Shown: piece by piece, positions 36,494 through 48,164 of the stretch | Numbering within the stretch: the first letter of the stretch is position 1 | Layout of the letters: each line of letters opens with the position of its first letter | Assembly (NCBI GenBank): GCA_002269645.1 | Contig: NIVC01002249.1 | Location: forward strand, 126,035-190,034 | Direction: 5' to 3' | Length of the DNA stretch: 64,000 nt | From: Macrostomum lignano | Lineage: Eukaryota | Program-made: the position numbers and the translations under genes | The notes under the pieces: model-generated | Database searches by the model: none | The model's input: only the letters and a program-made list of their open reading frames with translations | What the model was told of the DNA's origin: nothing

Positions 36494-39400
36494 CTATGGA
36501 CGGAGGGTTGGCGCCGCCCAGGGAGGTCCCCCAGTGTCGCCAGCAGCTATAGTGCTCTCTGGAAAGGAGAGTTCAGCCCTGCGGGTGGCCCGAAGGTAGC
36601 GCATGAGCTGATTAAAGTTTTCGGGTTTGCACGCTTCAGTAATAGATGTGTGTGGCCCGAGGTAAGTGAGTCTGGCCCGCGTGAAGGCGGGACAGATGCT
36701 GACGAAATGCTCAGCGGTTTCGTCACCTGAGTTGCAGAAACTACAGGTGGCGTTGGTGGCGTTGCCCTGCAGGTACTGGTGCCTGGAGAAGCAGCCGTGA
36801 CCAGAGAGGGTCATGGTGGCAGCCCGGATGTCTCTGCGCGAGAGGCGCAAGAGGAGCTTCCGGAGCTGGTGAGAAAGTTGAGGGACAGCGCCTCTGGATT
36901 GCCTGCAGTTCGTGCGGTTCGCCCAAGACGAGCGGTGCTGAGTCCTGATCCACGCTTTGATGCGCGAGTCGATGACACAGCCAGGAATCGGGACAAGAGG
37001 TTCGGGGCCGAGAGAGGAGCCGGAGGCACCAACTTTCGCAAGGGCGTTAGCCAACTCATTTCCTCGGATCCCCACATGCCCGGAACCCACTTGAGGGTGA
37101 TTTTGTTGGTGGAGCCCAACATGTTGAGGAGTTTGATACAGTCGAGGACTGTAGCAGAATTGGTGCTGCAGCCACTGATGGCGTGCAAGGCAGCTTGGCT
37201 GTCCGAATGGAAAATGATGTTCTTGCCAATAACGCCAGTGGCGAGAAGCTCTGCAGTGCAGGAGCTGATGGCCAGAACTTCATTTTGGAAAACACTGGAG
37301 TTGACCCCAGTGTATTGAGCGTGGGTAGCGATGACCCTCTCGTTCAGAAAGATTCCAACACCAAAGCCGGTGTTGGCTGACTGCTTAGAACCGTCGGTGT
37401 AGCAATGAAGCTCACCAAGGTTCCATTGGTCATTGATGTTATCGCGCGAGTCGATAGCTACGGAGTAGCGCTGTCTCAGGTTGAGCGTTGAGGCAATGCC
37501 ATCGGTGAAGACGCGATTGGCCTGACACTCGTTGAGAAAGTTGAGGCACAGGTCGCTATGCGGGACAAGGTTCCGCTTAGCAGGTGCTCTCATGTAAATG
37601 AATTTGACGCCGGCATCAATTAGACGCCGCGTCGTTCTAGCCGCCTCACCCCTGACGAAGAGGTCAAGAGGCGGTAGATTAAGGAAGGCCCCCATGCCAG
37701 CAAAGGGCGTGGACCTGATGGCGTTGCAGATGAGCCTACACGCTCTGCCTTGGATCGTGTTGAGCAGGTCTGCATGGCTTTTGACCTGGGTAGCGCTAAC
37801 CCAGACAACAGAGGCGTACGTAATGGCAGGTCTAACTACGGAAGTATAGATCCACCAAAGCCGCTTTGGGGATAGACCCCAAGAAGTGCCAAGTGCTCGT
37901 CGGAGCTGGGCCAGGATGGCTGAGGCACGCTTGGCTTTTGATTTCACGTGGAAGGACCAGTTGAGCCGGTGGTCAAGTGTGACCCCGAGACATCTGGTCT
38001 GGTGCGCAAAGGCAATTTCTCTGCTGTAGAGCTGCAGAGGACGTATGTTCCAGCGTAGTCTGCTGGTAAACATAATGGCAACGGTTTTGGGCTCAGAGAG
38101 TTCCAGACCATTGTCATTGGCCCAGGATTCTGCTATGCGGATAAAGCTCTGCATCAGATCCCTGAGCGTGCTGGGAGACGGTCCTGCCACAATGGCCGTG
38201 ACATCATCAGCATACCCGACTTTGAAGACGTGGTCGGGTCGGGAGTCACTCAGAAGAGCGTCCATGACCAGGTTCCAGAGCGTCGGGGTGAGGACTCCAC
38301 CTTGGGGTCCACCCTTACAGACTCTGGTGGAGGCAGTTTGTCCAAGAAGTTGGGCAGTGACCGTACGGTTGGAGATCATGTACATGATCCACCGTATGAG
38401 GGTAGCATGAGCTTTGCGATTTTGAAGGGCCCTCTGAAACGCTTCAAAGATAACGTTGTCGAAGGCGCCAACAATGTCAAGAAAGAGAGCCAGGGCGTAA
38501 CCGTCACCCAGTACCGCCCGTTCAATCTTCTCGACAATCGCATGCAGGGCGCTGTCAGTCGACCTCCCGGTACGGAAGGCGTGCTGATTATTGCTGAGGG
38601 GCATCACTGTCAGCTCGCAGGACAGCAGCCGCCAGAGAATAAGCCTCTCAGTGAGCTTAAGCATTGCTGACGTTAAGCTAATAGGCCGGAAGGCCTTTGA
38701 CGCTTTGATAGTCACCCTTCCCAGGTTTGGGAATAAAGACTACCCGAGCTTCAGTCCAGCATTTGGGAACGTATCCCGGCTGGATAGAGGCCCGCATAAG
38801 ATTGCGGGTGAGTCTCAGGAACGAGGGTATCTTGCTTCACGAAGGAGAACAGGGTAGATACCATCAGGTCCAGGAGATTTGAAGGGTTTGAAGGTTCTGA
38901 CCGCACGAGCGATTAGGTCTTCAGTGACAATGCCCACCGCTAGGGTGGCTCCATCCATCGAATGGTTGGGCTCCGGTCTAGCAGTAGCAACCCTCGGGAA
39001 GAATGTGCTGAGCATATGCTGAAGCACTTCTTCAGGGTCTTTAGTAAGAGAGCCATCATCTTTTTTGATCATGGCTAATTTGGACATTTTGTCCATTGTA
39101 AGGGCCTTGACAAGCCTAGAAGTAGGTCTGTCTTGATCCAATTCATTGCAGAATTGGCGCCATTTACATTCCTTGGCCTTGCGCACTTCAGATTTGAAAT
39201 TGCGCGAGGCTTGCCGGAAAAGCTCCATGTCCTCCGGGTTTCCGGTCTTCATGGCACGGCGATGAAGGCTTTTGGCCTTCCGCCTGAGTTTACCAGCTCC
39301 GGGTTCCACCACGGCGCCGAGGTCTTGCCTTTGTAGGCGCGAGCAGGACAAGCCGCTTCGTAGGCTGCAATAATGCAACCTGTCAGCGTCTCAGCCATAT

Positions 39401-40229
39401 GATCCACATCCTCGCAGGTCTCAATCGGACGTAAGTCCGTGAGTTCCTGCAGGTGCAGATCAAGGGCAGCCTTGTAGGCCGCCCAATCAGTGTTGCGGAT
39501 ATTGCGCCTCCAAGTGATCGGAGACTAGGTTTTAGTGTCCGCGATGTTAAAGGCGATAAAGCAGTGGTCAGACAGGGAGGGCTCCTCAGACCAGACTCTC
39601 CACTCCTCAACTCTGTCAAAGAGTCTTGGGGTAACGAGTGTGGCGTCAAGGACCTCGGTCCATCTGCCATTATTAAAGGTAGGAGTGCTGCCGCGGTTGC
39701 AGAGCATGAGGTTTGTGTTAGAGATGAGGGCCAGAAGCTCCTCTCCTCTAGTGTTGGTATCTTTGCTGCCCCAGTGCTTGTGGTGCGCGTTGAGGTCGCC
39801 CCCTAAGCACAGCTCAGCGTTCTGGGACTCGCAGTACTGCGCAAGGCGCAGTAAACTCTCGGGGGCAGGGTCTCTGTCGCCTGGGATATAAACCGAGGCA
39901 ACAAGACACGTAAGCGGAGAGAGATGATTAGATCGGATGACGCAAAGGTCTCCATCAGAGAGATCAGTCCTCAGCAAAGCCTGGAGATGGCTAGCAGCGA
40001 GGATAGCCGCTCTAGGGCGGCTGTTCCCCGGGCCACACATATAAAAATCAGAGTAGCCAGAGGGAATGTTGGGCAACTTACCGTTGCGCATCCAGGGTTC
40101 CTGGATCAGGATGAGGCCTGGCCTGTACAGCTCAGCAATCTTCATCAGATTTACTGACGCAGATACGCAATGCTGTAAATTTATTTGCAGACAGAATGTC
40201 GCTCCTTTGGCAGCGTGGAGCTTAGTCAT
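36494..40229 (-). pseudogene. LINE ORF2: AP endonuclease, reverse transcriptase, RNase H, C-terminal CCHC; disrupted
   Basis: QINLQH..LIQEPW..GGDLNAHH..SDH (APE); FRPISLTS, PQGGVLTP, YADD (RT); YTDGSK, SDSQAAL, WVPG/GHVGIRGNE (RNase H); CSFC..ETAEHF..CPAF. One stop (39525-39527) and at least four frameshifts. Confidence 0.9.
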
Positions 40230-40268
40230 ACTGTATTAAATGCAATGTCTGGCTAGAGCCCAGGGCCA

Positions 40269-41771
40269 TCAAGGAGACTTGGACAACAGATCGTCCTCGT
40301 CCCAGGCCGCTGGGGCTTGACTGGGAGATGGGAGTTGGTCGACGTCCATGGCCTCCTCACCCCCACCGGCCCCCCCAGCAGAGTCCTCAGGCTCCGATGA
40401 CAGGATGGAAGCTTCCTCACCTGCATCTTTACCTTCAGACCCCACCAGGGTGGCCGAGGAGAGCTCGGATTCCGAAGACCCGGCCTCGTCCTCAACTCCT
40501 TCTCCAACTGGCAGGTTTGGTTCCCAGGGCTTGGCCGGAGCCGTTACCGCGGTCGCCGAACTGCTGCTAGCAGAGGGGCGAGATGCAGCTTCGGCTTTGG
40601 GATCGGCTTGCGCCTTTCCTTGGGCCTTAGACTGCGCCCCGCTCTTGCCGGAGATGCCGGGGTTGGCAGTAGCCTTCCCTTTGGCAGACTTTCCTCGGCG
40701 CATCTTGAGCTTGAGGGCACCCAGCTGGAAAGAGGATCCATTAGGGTACCGACTCGCCCAAGTGCTGGAAAGGCCGAGGACAATTGAGTTGCCCGTCTCC
40801 CCCTTGCGGACTTGGCGGTGATACACCAGTCCACTAGCAGGGAGGTCGGGGTTCAGACGCAGTAGGACCCGGTGGATAACGTCTGGTCCAGCTGCGGTGC
40901 TCTTAGCAGGGACGAAAACCACATAGGGTATCGTCTTTGGACGCTGGCCCTCGCGAAGAAAAAGAGCTCCGCCAAGGTCAGCATCCAAGGAGACCGTCGG
41001 TAGCCGCTGGAGCAGCTGCCGAGCGTCCTCCTCGCTGCTAGGAGCAATAAGAACGAATGTGCTTCGCAGCACCATCCGCTCAATGCCGATGGAGATTCCC
41101 TCCTCGACAGTCAGCCCAATCAGATAGGAGTCAACAGCACTCCACACTTTTTGAAGCTGATCAGTGGTCCAGTCCTGGCCGCGACCTTGGATGATCACTC
41201 CCGGGATTTTGGCCTTGGCCTTCGCCGCAAAGGTAGCTCCCGAAGGAACCTCCTTGTTGGCAGTGGCCATTTGTTGCGCCGTGGTTTCGGCCTCAGCAGC
41301 CGCGGCAGCATCTCCAGGGAGCGCCGCCGCTGAACTACTGGAGCTTCCACCGGCCGGCCCGCCTGGTTGCCTTGGGGCTCCAGTCGCTTCAGCATCCATG
41401 GTGGACGCCGCCGCTTTGGCCCCCGCAGCTCCCTTCTTGGCCTGCCTTTTGGCGCGTTGTTTAGCGCGTTTGCGCTCAAGCTGAGCCCGCTGAGCTTCAT
41501 CGGATCTGCCAGATTTGGCCGGTCCTTTAGGCTCAGAGCTCGCGGTTCCCTTAGATCCACCAGCGGAGCTGGCAGGTCTTTGGGCATTTTGAGTTTGATA
41601 GCTCTGGTCGGATCTGCCAGCAGAGCCAGCCGGTCCTTCCTTTGCCACAGTTGAATCAGTCGGTTGGGATCTGCCAGCAGGGCCGGCCGGTCCTTCGGAC
41701 TGAGGTTGGGGTTTAGAAGGGTCCCCGTACCTAGAAAAAGCTTGGTTATCCATAGTCGGCTCGAAGGCCAT
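40269..41771 (-). CDS. LINE ORF1 (gag-like, no CCHC knuckle seen; central region reminiscent of DUF4780-type ORF1 of LOA/R1 elements)
   Basis: Intact 500-aa ORF immediately upstream of ORF2, with low-complexity termini and a structured core (VLLRLNPDLP..GLV....GNSIVLGL). Confidence 0.75.
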   Translation of the reverse strand: MAFEPTMDNQAFSRYGDPSKPQPQSEGPAGPAGRSQPTDSTVAKEGPAGSAGRSDQSYQTQNAQRPASSAGGSKGTASSEPKGPAKSGRSDEAQRAQLERKRAKQRAKRQAKKGAAGAKAAASTMDAEATGAPRQPGGPAGGSSSSSAAALPGDAAAAAEAETTAQQMATANKEVPSGATFAAKAKAKIPGVIIQGRGQDWTTDQLQKVWSAVDSYLIGLTVEEGISIGIERMVLRSTFVLIAPSSEEDARQLLQRLPTVSLDADLGGALFLREGQRPKTIPYVVFVPAKSTAAGPDVIHRVLLRLNPDLPASGLVYHRQVRKGETGNSIVLGLSSTWASRYPNGSSFQLGALKLKMRRGKSAKGKATANPGISGKSGAQSKAQGKAQADPKAEAASRPSASSSSATAVTAPAKPWEPNLPVGEGVEDEAGSSESELSSATLVGSEGKDAGEEASILSSEPEDSAGGAGGGEEAMDVDQLPSPSQAPAAWDEDDLLSKSP

Positions 41772-42290
41772 GATAAAGGTTGGTGGGCTACCCTCAAAGG
41801 GGCGCGGTACCCACCCGGCCGCTCCACCTGACCGGGCAGTAGGCCAATAGAACCCTCAAGGCTGGCCCGACACCAGGAGGGGGACCGCTTGCGACCGGAC
41901 TACTCCCCGGCCTTCCAGCCCATCGGCACGGTCAACACCTTAGGTATTAGAGAGTACGTTGAGCAGTACCACGACCTGCAGGTTGGCGAGCCAGACCCGC
42001 ATACCCAAATTCGGCCGAAGCCACTGAATAGGGTCGCCAGCGCCGGAGCCCAGTCTGTCCAGCAGCCCTAGGGTCTGCCTTGAACACACGCGGGGACGAG
42101 TACCCTGGGTCGACTTGCGAGACAGCGTGGGGGGGGGGGTCTGCGGCTGCCAGAGGCAAATAGAGGATGCAGACCTCCCACCAGCCTTGACCTGCCAAAG
42201 ATAGGGGCAGGCGTGAAGCATCGCAGACCGTAGCCCATAGGCCTAGTCTGTCTCATACTTCACTGGCGTGCTGAATACACCTTCGCGTGC

Positions 42291-42586
42291 CCCGAATGTA
42301 CACTATATCAACTAGAATGGGGGAAATCCTGAATGTACACTATATCAGCTAGAATAGGGAATCCCGAATGTACACTATATCAACTAGAATGGGGAATCCT
42401 CAATGTACACTATATCAGCTAGAATAGGGAATCCCGAATGTACACTATATCAACTAGAATGGGGAATCCTCAATGTACACCGGATCAACTAGAATGGGGA
42501 ATCCCGAATGTACACCGGATCAATTAGAATGGGGAATCCCTAATGTACACCGGATCAACTAGACTGGGGGAATCCCTAATGTACAC
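42291..42586. repeat. 35-bp minisatellite, right part
   Basis: Continuation of the 36180-36399 array. Confidence 0.9.
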
Positions 42587-42645
42587 GATGTGCATAGTTT
42601 GGCAGGCAACCCCAACGAACTCTTGACACCCTGCAAACACTGCAG

Positions 42646-42987
42646 ACAGCCGGGTCGAAGAGCTCATCAGGCAGATCGCCGCCTCGGGCCAGTCGGACTC
42701 AGTCAGAATGAATCGAAGCGACGATCCAAAGAAATGCCGGGACCGTCTGCCTCCGCTGTTCCACCAGATCTACGCCGGCAGAAGCATACCGGAGGCCTAC
42801 CGAGGCCACCTGCTGTCCTGCCTGCGGCTCAACTATCCCGACTTCGCCTACGTGCTCTGGACTGACGACGACGCGGCCGCCTTTCTCGCCGACAAATTCC
42901 CGGTGCACTCGGCCATGTTCTCCGGCTATGCGAAAGCTTTGCAGAGGTCGGATGCGCTGCGCTACTTCATATTGAGCTATTTTGGTG
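42646..42987 (+). CDS. GT32 glycosyltransferase, exon 2
   Basis: RLPPLFHQIY...YVLWTDDDA..FL...Y...LQRSDALRYFILSYFG. Acceptor CAG 42645, donor GTGAGC 42988. Confidence 0.85.
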
Positions 42988-43593
42988 GTGAGCGGCTCCG
43001 GCGTCTGACCTAAAACTGGCCTAAACCTCACCTAGACCTAGCCTTGACCTGACCTAAGCCAGACTTAGACTGAAGCCTACCCTAAAACTGATCTAAACCT
43101 CACCAAAATCTGGTCTAAAAATTGACCTGAGTCTGAATCAACCCTGACCTAATACTGACCTAAACTTCACATTAACCAAACTTATATGTACACGGTTATC
43201 AAAACCTGACCTAAGTCTGACCAAGGCCTAGGCTAAAACAGGCCCAAACCTTATAAAAAAACGAGTGTAAATCTCATTTAAACATAAATTAACCTTGACT
43301 TAAAATTGGCTTAAACCTGGAGTATACCAAACGTTAACCTAAACTAGATGCATCCCAAACCTGACCTAAATTTGAACAAAAACTGGCCTGTCCAAAATTT
43401 GACCTAAACTTGGTCAACTGGCTAACCGCAGACTAAACTAAACTCGCCTTAAACTTGATCTACCCCAGCCTACTTGTAAATCTAATCCTGACCTAAGCTT
43501 AAGCAAGTCTCACTAGAGAAATATTTAGAACCAAACCAAGTAAACAAAGTTGATTACAAAAACCACTTTCAATAAACCAAAATTAATCTCCAG

Positions 43594-43800
43594 GCATCTA
43601 CGCCGACATGGATGTGCAGTGCCTGCGCCCGTTCAACCGCCTGGCCGCGGCCGAGTCCTGTTTCTTGGACCAGGAGCGCTGGGAGCAGAGCCAGATTCTC
43701 CACGGCACCGAGTTCGCCGCTATGAACTCCGTGATGGGCTGCGGCAAGCGGCATCCGTTCTTTGATGTCGTCATCGCCAGGTTGAAGCGCACTAGCAAAG
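43594..43800 (+). CDS. GT32 glycosyltransferase, exon 3 (DxD motif)
   Basis: Splicing gives YFGGIYADMDVQCLRP...NSVMGC..RHPFF, the GT32 GGIYxDxD signature. Confidence 0.85.
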
Positions 43801-43846
43801 GTCTGGTTGGACGTTGCAGTTCATATCGTGTCCTCCTTCCTATAGG

Positions 43847-44100
43847 CTAGATTAGCAATCCATTCTATTCCTTCTGTTGATGTTAAATAGATTAGCAATC
43901 CATTCTGCTCCTTCTGTTGATGTTGGATAGATTAGCAATCCATTCTGCTCCTTCTGTTGATGTTAAATAGATTAGCAATCCATTCTGCTCCTTCTGTTGA
44001 TGTTGGATAGATTAGCAATCCATTCTATTCCTTCTGTTGATGTTGGATAGATTAGCAAGCCATTCTACTCCTTCTGTCCATGTTAAATTGATTAGCAAGC
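43847..44100. repeat. 40-bp minisatellite (TAGATTAGCAATCCATTCTRYTCCTTCTGTTGATGTTGGA)
   Basis: About 6 copies; the core is shared, in reverse complement, with 61365-61868. Confidence 0.9.
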
Positions 44101-45243
44101 TTGTTTTTCTTTCCCAGTCGATGACGCCAAACTGTTGCCAACTTTATTAATCCGACAATGCCCTCTTTTGTGAGCCATATTTGCCAGACCACCGGAGCCG
44201 AAAGCCAGACGCACCTCTAGAAGCAGTCATCCCGCGTTCCCCATCCAGCGAAGCAAAAATTTGCTTTCAACATATTTGCAGCCTTATAGACCTGTGGGAA
44301 GGGCAGAGGCAGCTGCAGTAGCCTTTTCTCTCCTTTTTTCTCTTTGTCGCATTTTCGTGCCTCAGTGCGTTCTGCGCGCACGCTTTTTTGGGAGGCTGGG
44401 GTTGCCATTCAAGGAATATTTGATGAAGGAGTGCGACGCTGAGAAACTATTGGACTATAAAACAATAGGGGATTTTTTGGCTGCTTGATGCTCTCGCTTA
44501 TAGAATTTTTTGTGCACACAGTTTCCTAAAAAAGGTGTGCCTCTGGGCCTGGCGCGTTTTCTAATTTTTATAGGCTTATTCCAATAGTAGTTTGGTCTGT
44601 ACTTTTTTGGTCCCTACTGAGTCAAAAGGAATTCTGGCAATATAGATTAGCAATATAGATTGATTGATAGATTGATACACACATTGGAAGTTAAAGCTTA
44701 GATATTCAGCAGCTCTGAGAGCTAGGCCACATCCAATGAGACCTATATGAATTCTGTAGTCGGTGAGAAATAGTGGGAAGGGGTTCGGTGGTGGGCAAGA
44801 AATAGTGGGGAGGGATTCGGTGGTGGGTGAGAAATAGTGGAGGGGGGAAGGGAAAGAAGAAGAGCGGGGCCGCAGCCAATCAGCTTGAAGCTAAGGTTAG
44901 ACAAAATCTGGTATGGGTGAGAAATTGTGGGTGGGGTAGGGAGAGGAGAGCGGGGCTACAGCCAATCAGCTTGAAGCTAGGGTGACAAAATCTGGGGAGG
45001 TGAGAAATGTGGTTTTGAAAAAAGGAAGTCCCAGCCAATCAGCAAAGGCTAAGACTCGACAAAAGAGAAAAACAGAGTGCTGATTATAAGGCTTGAAAAA
45101 TGACTCTGTTTTAACACTACGAGACGATAGTGTGCGCCAGAGCGACGAACTATTTTTATGGTTAATTTTAAGATTTTTGTGCGTATTTCTACCGTCAATA
45201 TAGTTTTGTCTAACCTTATCGATACTTCAACTGATACTAACAG

Positions 45244-45402
45244 GGGCTGACATTCTTCGCTCGACTGGCCCCTTGCTGCTCACCGATCTCTACCGAGACT
45301 TCATGGGCAAGCCGGAGTCCACGCGCCGCGGTCTGCGCCTTCTGTCACCGGAAGTGTTCTCGCCTCTGATGGACCATCCGGGACACTTCCGGGGCGCTTG
45401 CG
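45244..45402 (+). CDS. GT32 glycosyltransferase, exon 4
   Basis: GADILRSTGPLLLTDLY...LRLLSPEVFSPLMD (TGP motif of GT32). Acceptor CAG 45243, donor GTAAAG 45403, phase 1-1. Confidence 0.8.
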
Positions 45403-45414
45403 GTAAAGGGTTCT

Positions 45415-47245
45415 CAGACGACTGGAAGTGAAATCACTCCAACCCAATCCCAATGACCGGAAGTGCAGTCGCACTAGATAATCTTAATGATCGGAAGTGA
45501 AATTACTATAACAATCACAATGACCGGAATTAAGTCACTCTAACCAATCCCAATGACTGGAAGTGAAATCACTCTAACCAATCCCAATGACTGGTAGTGA
45601 ATTCACTCTAACCAATCCCAATGACTGGTAGTGAATTCACTCTAACCAATCCCAATGACTGGTAGTGAATTCACTCTAATTCACTACCTAACTAATCCCA
45701 AATGACTGGAAGTAAAGTCACCAATCCTAACCAATCCTAATAGCCGGAAGTGAAGTCACCCTAAGCCAGTACCAATGACTGGTAGTGAATTCACTCTATC
45801 TAATCCCCAATGACTGAAAGTAAAGTCACTCTAACTAATCCCAATAACCGGAAGTGAAGTCACTCTAACCAATCCCAATGACTGGTAGTGAATTCACTCT
45901 AATTCACTCTAACCAATCCCAATGACTGGTAGTGAATTCACTCTAATTCACTACCTAACTAATCCCAAATGACTGGAAGTAAAGTCACCAATCCTAACCA
46001 ATCCCAATAAGTGTTCTCGCCTCTGATGGACCATCCGGGACACTTCCGGGGCGCTTGCGGTAAAGGGTTCTCAGACGACTGGAAGTGAAATCACTCCAAC
46101 CCAATCCCAATGACCGGAAGTGCAGTCGCACTAGATAATCTTAATGATCGGAAGTGAAATTACTATAACAATCACAATGACCGGAATTAAGTCACTCTAA
46201 CCAATCCCAATGACTGGAAGTGAAATCACTCTAACCAATCCCAATGACTGGTAGTGAATTCACTCTAACCAATCCCAATGACTGGTAGTGAATTCACTCT
46301 AACCAATCCCAATGACTGGTAGTGAATTCACTCTAACCAATCCCAATGACTGGTAGTGAATTCACTCTAACCAATCCCAATGACTGGTAGTGAATTCACT
46401 CTAATTCACTACCTAACTAATCCCAAATGACTGGAAGTAAAGTCACCAATCCTAACCAATCCTAATAGCCGGAAGTGAAGTCACCCTAAGCCAGTACCAA
46501 TGACTGGTAGTGAATTCACTCTATCTAATCCCCAATGACTGAAAGTAAAGTCACTCTAACTAATCCCAATAACCGGAAGTGAAGTCACTCTAACCAATCC
46601 CAATGACTAGTAGTGAATTCACTCTAATTCACTCTAACCAATCCCAATGACTGGTAGTGAATTCACTCTAATTCACTCTAACCAATCCCAATGACTGGTA
46701 GTGAATTCACTCTAATTCACTCTAACCAATCCCAATGACTGGTAGTGAATTCACTCTAATTCACTCTAACCAATCCCAATGACTGGTAGTGAATTCACTC
46801 TAATTCACTCTAACCAATCTCAATGACTGGTAGTGAATTCACTCTAATTCACTACCTAACTAATCCCAAATGACTGGAAGTAAAGTCACCAATCCTAACC
46901 AGTCCTAATAGCCGGAAGTGAAGTCACCCTAAGCCAGTACCAATGACTGGTAGTGAATTCACTCTATCTAATCCCCAATGACTGGAAGTAAAGTCACTCT
47001 AACCAATCCCAATAACCGGAAGTGAAGTCACCCTAACCAATCCTAATAGCCGGAAGTGAAGTCACCCTAACTAATCCCAAATGACCGGAAGTAAAGTCAC
47101 TCTAACCAATCCCAATGACCGGAAGTAAAGTCACTCTAACCAATCCCAATGACCGGAAGTAAAGTCACTCTAACCAATCCCAATGACCGGAAGTTAAGTC
47201 ACTCTAACCAATCCCAATGACCGGAAGTGAAGTCACCCTGACCCA
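45415..47245. repeat. 34-bp higher-order minisatellite filling GT32 intron 4
   Basis: Unit variants AACCAATCCCAATGACTGGTAGTGAATTCACTCT and AACCAATCCCAATGACCGGAAGTAAAGTCACTCT. Includes a 657-bp segmental duplication. Confidence 0.92.
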
Positions 47246-47265
47246 ACCGCTACGTCACACTCCAG

Positions 47266-47567
47266 AGCGCTGGAGGCGGCTGCCGCCTTACTTCCAGATG
47301 CACCGCCGGTTCCGGTTCCGTATGGAATCCTGTCGGGCGCTCTTCTTAGCCAAGTTCGGCCAAAGCGAGAAACTGTGGCTCACCAACAACACCCTGGCTA
47401 TTCACCGGTTCATGCACCTGGGCTACCTGGACAACAGACATCGTCGAGGCGCCAGATTCGACCTGGCCAAAGTGGCACCGGATGTCCGAGTGCTGCGCTA
47501 TAAAACTGACTCGGCGGAGATCGAGCGCCAATCGAATGCCTGCTTTTTGCCGCCCGGCGCCAGGTAG
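47266..47567 (+). CDS. GT32 glycosyltransferase, exon 5 (last)
   Basis: ERWRRLPP...NNTLAIHRFMHLGY (C-terminal H-x-x-x-H region typical of this family). Acceptor CAG 47265 is in phase. Confidence 0.75.
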
Positions 47568-48164
47568 AGCCATGGACAACTAAGTTAGAAGGACGAAAAA
47601 TTCATCAATAAGCTATGTACCTGCGGATAGAACGTTTTTAAGCACTAAATTGACCCTTCGGAAGTGCCGAATTCCGAATGAAGCAAGCATTCGTTTTGTC
47701 CGAGGAGCGCTATAGCAAGTTTGTCTATGGCAAAATCAAGGACATAAAACTTCAAAATCGTGTCTTTTTTGGAGGCCAATTTCCTGGAAAAAGTACACTG
47801 CGGAGATAAGAAACATTCAATGATTAGATTCGATCTAGGGCAGTGAAGATTGCCGTTTTTTATTTAGCATTCACAGCACGTTACTCTGCTATACTTTATA
47901 TGGCTGAAAGTTTTATTTTCATGTTTATTTTTTAGATATTTCGTAGGCCCAAAGTTGCATGTACAAACCGTGTGCATTGAAATGAAATTATGCCTAAACT
48001 AAAAGAGAGGTAATCTTCGCTGCCCCAGATAAAATGCAATAAGTGATTAGGAGATTAAAATACGAGTATTTGATTTTTCCTATTTCCGCAGTGTATTTTT
48101 CCAGGAAATTGGCCTTCAAAAATACGCGATCTTGAGTATTACGTCTTTTTTAATCACAGTGGTC

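Larger units (their letters stand above)
36400..42290 (-). mobile_element. Full-length non-LTR retrotransposon, LOA-like (ORF1 + APE-RT-RNaseH-CCHC), 5.9 kb
   Basis: TSD CCCGAAYGTACACT at 36386-36399 and 42291-42304, short (AAGTCA)n 3' tail, 500-aa ORF1, and ORF2 with all domains. Confidence 0.9.

Noticed and set aside
41772-42290. HDV-like self-cleaving ribozyme in the LINE 5'UTR (reported for some LOA-clade elements)
   Set aside because: I could not fold a canonical P1/P1.1/P2/P3/P4 arrangement by eye; an Infernal/RNArobo search would be needed.
44118-44490. Candidate additional GT32 exon
   Set aside because: Stops in the required phase; exon 3 joins cleanly to the 45244 exon carrying the TGP motif.
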